Source of the DNA: Nageia nagi
Lineage: Eukaryota; Plantae; Pinophyta
Assembly (NCBI GenBank): GCA_050084985.1
Contig: JBITNC010000001.1
Span: 194,060,001-194,124,000, forward strand
Length of the DNA stretch: 64,000 nt
Reading direction: 5' to 3'
The translations under genes and the position numbers were made by a program. The notes below the pieces were generated by a model. The model was not told where the DNA came from. It saw only the letters and a program-made list of their open reading frames with translations, and ran no database searches. Within the stretch, counting starts at the first letter, position 1. Each line of letters begins with the position of its first letter. Shown here piece after piece: positions 61,911 to 64,000 of this stretch.

Positions 61911-64000
61911 TGATATAATATATAAGTAAATGATGATGTTTTTATGTTACAATATGCTTCTTGTACTGAGATATTCGCATTTTTGAACAATCCTATTGTA
62001 GTACAAGAAGCATATTGTAACATAAAAGCATCATCATTTATTTATAGATTATATCCCCTCTCTCATGATTGCTTGTTATTTGTAGAATTTTATACAATCA
62101 AGGGCATGAACCATCCAATATCGAGACACCAAATAATCTAATTGATATCAATATCCCATCCCTCCATCTCCTAATAATTTATAAAATACACTCACCCATT
62201 ACTTTCTTTGATACCTTCCTAAAAAAAATTAAAATATATTAATGACATAACATAAATCAAAGCTATCAAAAATCATTATAAATTTAAGTTATAAAATACA
62301 ATAATATTTTAAAGAAAAAGATAGATGATTATATTTTGTCAAGCTATTACTATATTTTCAATCTTAAGAAGAAGAACAAAATCCATACACCCTCATTACA
62401 ACTTAAAAATCTTTACTTTAATCATTTCAATTATTTAATGTGTATACTACCACTATTCATACGTAGTATTGATATTTACAATGGCCCGGAGTGCTTCATT
62501 CTGAAGCAAGGAAAGCAACACAGAAAGCAAGACTGCTCATATATCAAACCCTAGCAGGTAAGTGCATTTCCTATTTGCAAATGTATAAACTTGGACCATG
62601 TATTTAGCCTATTTTCTTGTTTAGATTTTCTTGGCAGGTTTTATATTTCGAGTGTCGCCTGCTTTAATAGAGACATTAAACCCTTTTGCCTTAAACAGAA
62701 AGTTAACATATTAGCAGTCATTTCCCAAAACAAAGCATTTTAACAATATAATTCAAGGTCCAGAGATTTCAAGGGCATTGTTAATTTCAAAATTCCTTAT
62801 TTGACCTTGTATCAAAGTTTTATGAATAAGGTTCCAATCAACATCCTCTATTGGATCCAAAACACACATATTACTCCATATGATTTCAATGTTGTAAAAA
62901 TAGTTTGTATTAAAAAAAAAGGAAATAATATAAGTAAACTCCTATAAATTCATGGCTTCTAGTATTATGCATGTTATTTGGTTCATTAATGAAACTGTGT
63001 TTGTATTGTATTGACTCTCTGAACACCAACTAGCTATGAAATAATACATGTCAAAACTATATGTCAAATCCTCTAAAAGTAAACAAGCAATTTCTCATCC
63101 TATGTTCTTTAAATGAGTTAAAACATAGGGCATACTTTTCTTTATGATGTTCTGCAGTTCTTATATTACTAGTACATGGTCCAACTTTGATTGTTTCTGA
63201 TAGGAAATATTTGCAATGAGATATAGATGTGTGCCCCAACACAATTATTCGTATGTTAGACATGAAAATTAAAGAGCAAAACTTAAATGCATTCATTGTC
63301 TATGTAGTTTCATGTTATGGTTGTATAATTTGTTGTGCTTGAAAATAAGGTACAAGTAATTTTTTTCCTGTCCATACAAAATACACTTGGTATCTATAAT
63401 ATCCTCTATTTAAGTATCAACTTACTGTATAAAGGATGCGTATAAAATCCTTTATATGGTAAATCATAAAATAAAATTTATACATTGATATTACTGTCAA
63501 GGTTCATTTTATCATATTTATTATTATAAATTAATTTCATTACAGTTGGTTTCTACGGGAATCACCAACCTACGAATCATAATCTTCTTTGTTTATATAA
63601 TTATAAATTATAAATTTTTCTTAAAATGAACCTTGACAGTAATGTCAAAGCATATATTTTATTTACAACTAGTTCAAACTTATGGACAAGAAATGGGACC
63701 TGGATCAACCTAACAGTACTTGTCCTTGCATTTGATTTACAAGTGATCAAGAAATAATACCTAGTTTAAACTTTAGGCAAGGAATGGGACCTGGTTCAAC
63801 CTTACATTATCTGTCTCTGTACCTTCTTACCAAATACATATATAATGATAGTGCTTTCATGTTTAGTTTAATAAGATATCATTTCTGAATTCATTGAAGA
63901 TTTATGATTATATTTTCATATTTCTGAATGCATTGAAGATTTCTGATTATATTTTCATTACTCTTTATGCACATTACATGTTTGTAACTTCCTTTGAAGA

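Overview
Eukaryotic, AT-rich plant genomic DNA, most likely from a gymnosperm. That is an inference from the giant TE-filled introns and a Tat element with PROT-aRH-RT domain order. The one intact host gene is LSM7 (Sm-like protein, 101 aa) on the minus strand. Its 306 coding bases are spread over about 39 kb (21245-60497) in five exons, with introns of about 16.7, 0.8, 19.1 and 2.4 kb. The rest of the window is nested transposable elements. (1) A full-length Ty1/copia element (4334-13211; 489-bp LTRs; TTGAG TSD) sits inside the RT of an older relative. Its about 3-kb 5' leader carries an antisense fragment of a host LWD/AN11-type WD40 gene, bounded by 17-bp direct repeats, and possibly a PPR gene 5' fragment. 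(2) A pol-less, LARD-like member of the same copia family (22547-35731; AAAAC TSD) carries tandem arrays and decayed unknown ORFs, and hosts a protease-only gypsy element. (3) A degenerate TatII-type gypsy is interrupted by an intron-containing hAT transposon. (4) A long foldback element is interrupted by a 2.7-kb solo LTR that contains an 8x64-bp hairpin array. (5) There are also a second hAT remnant, a hAT-type MITE, a tRNA-derived SINE that was later duplicated, and smaller fragments. All alignments and counts were done by eye and no databases were searched.
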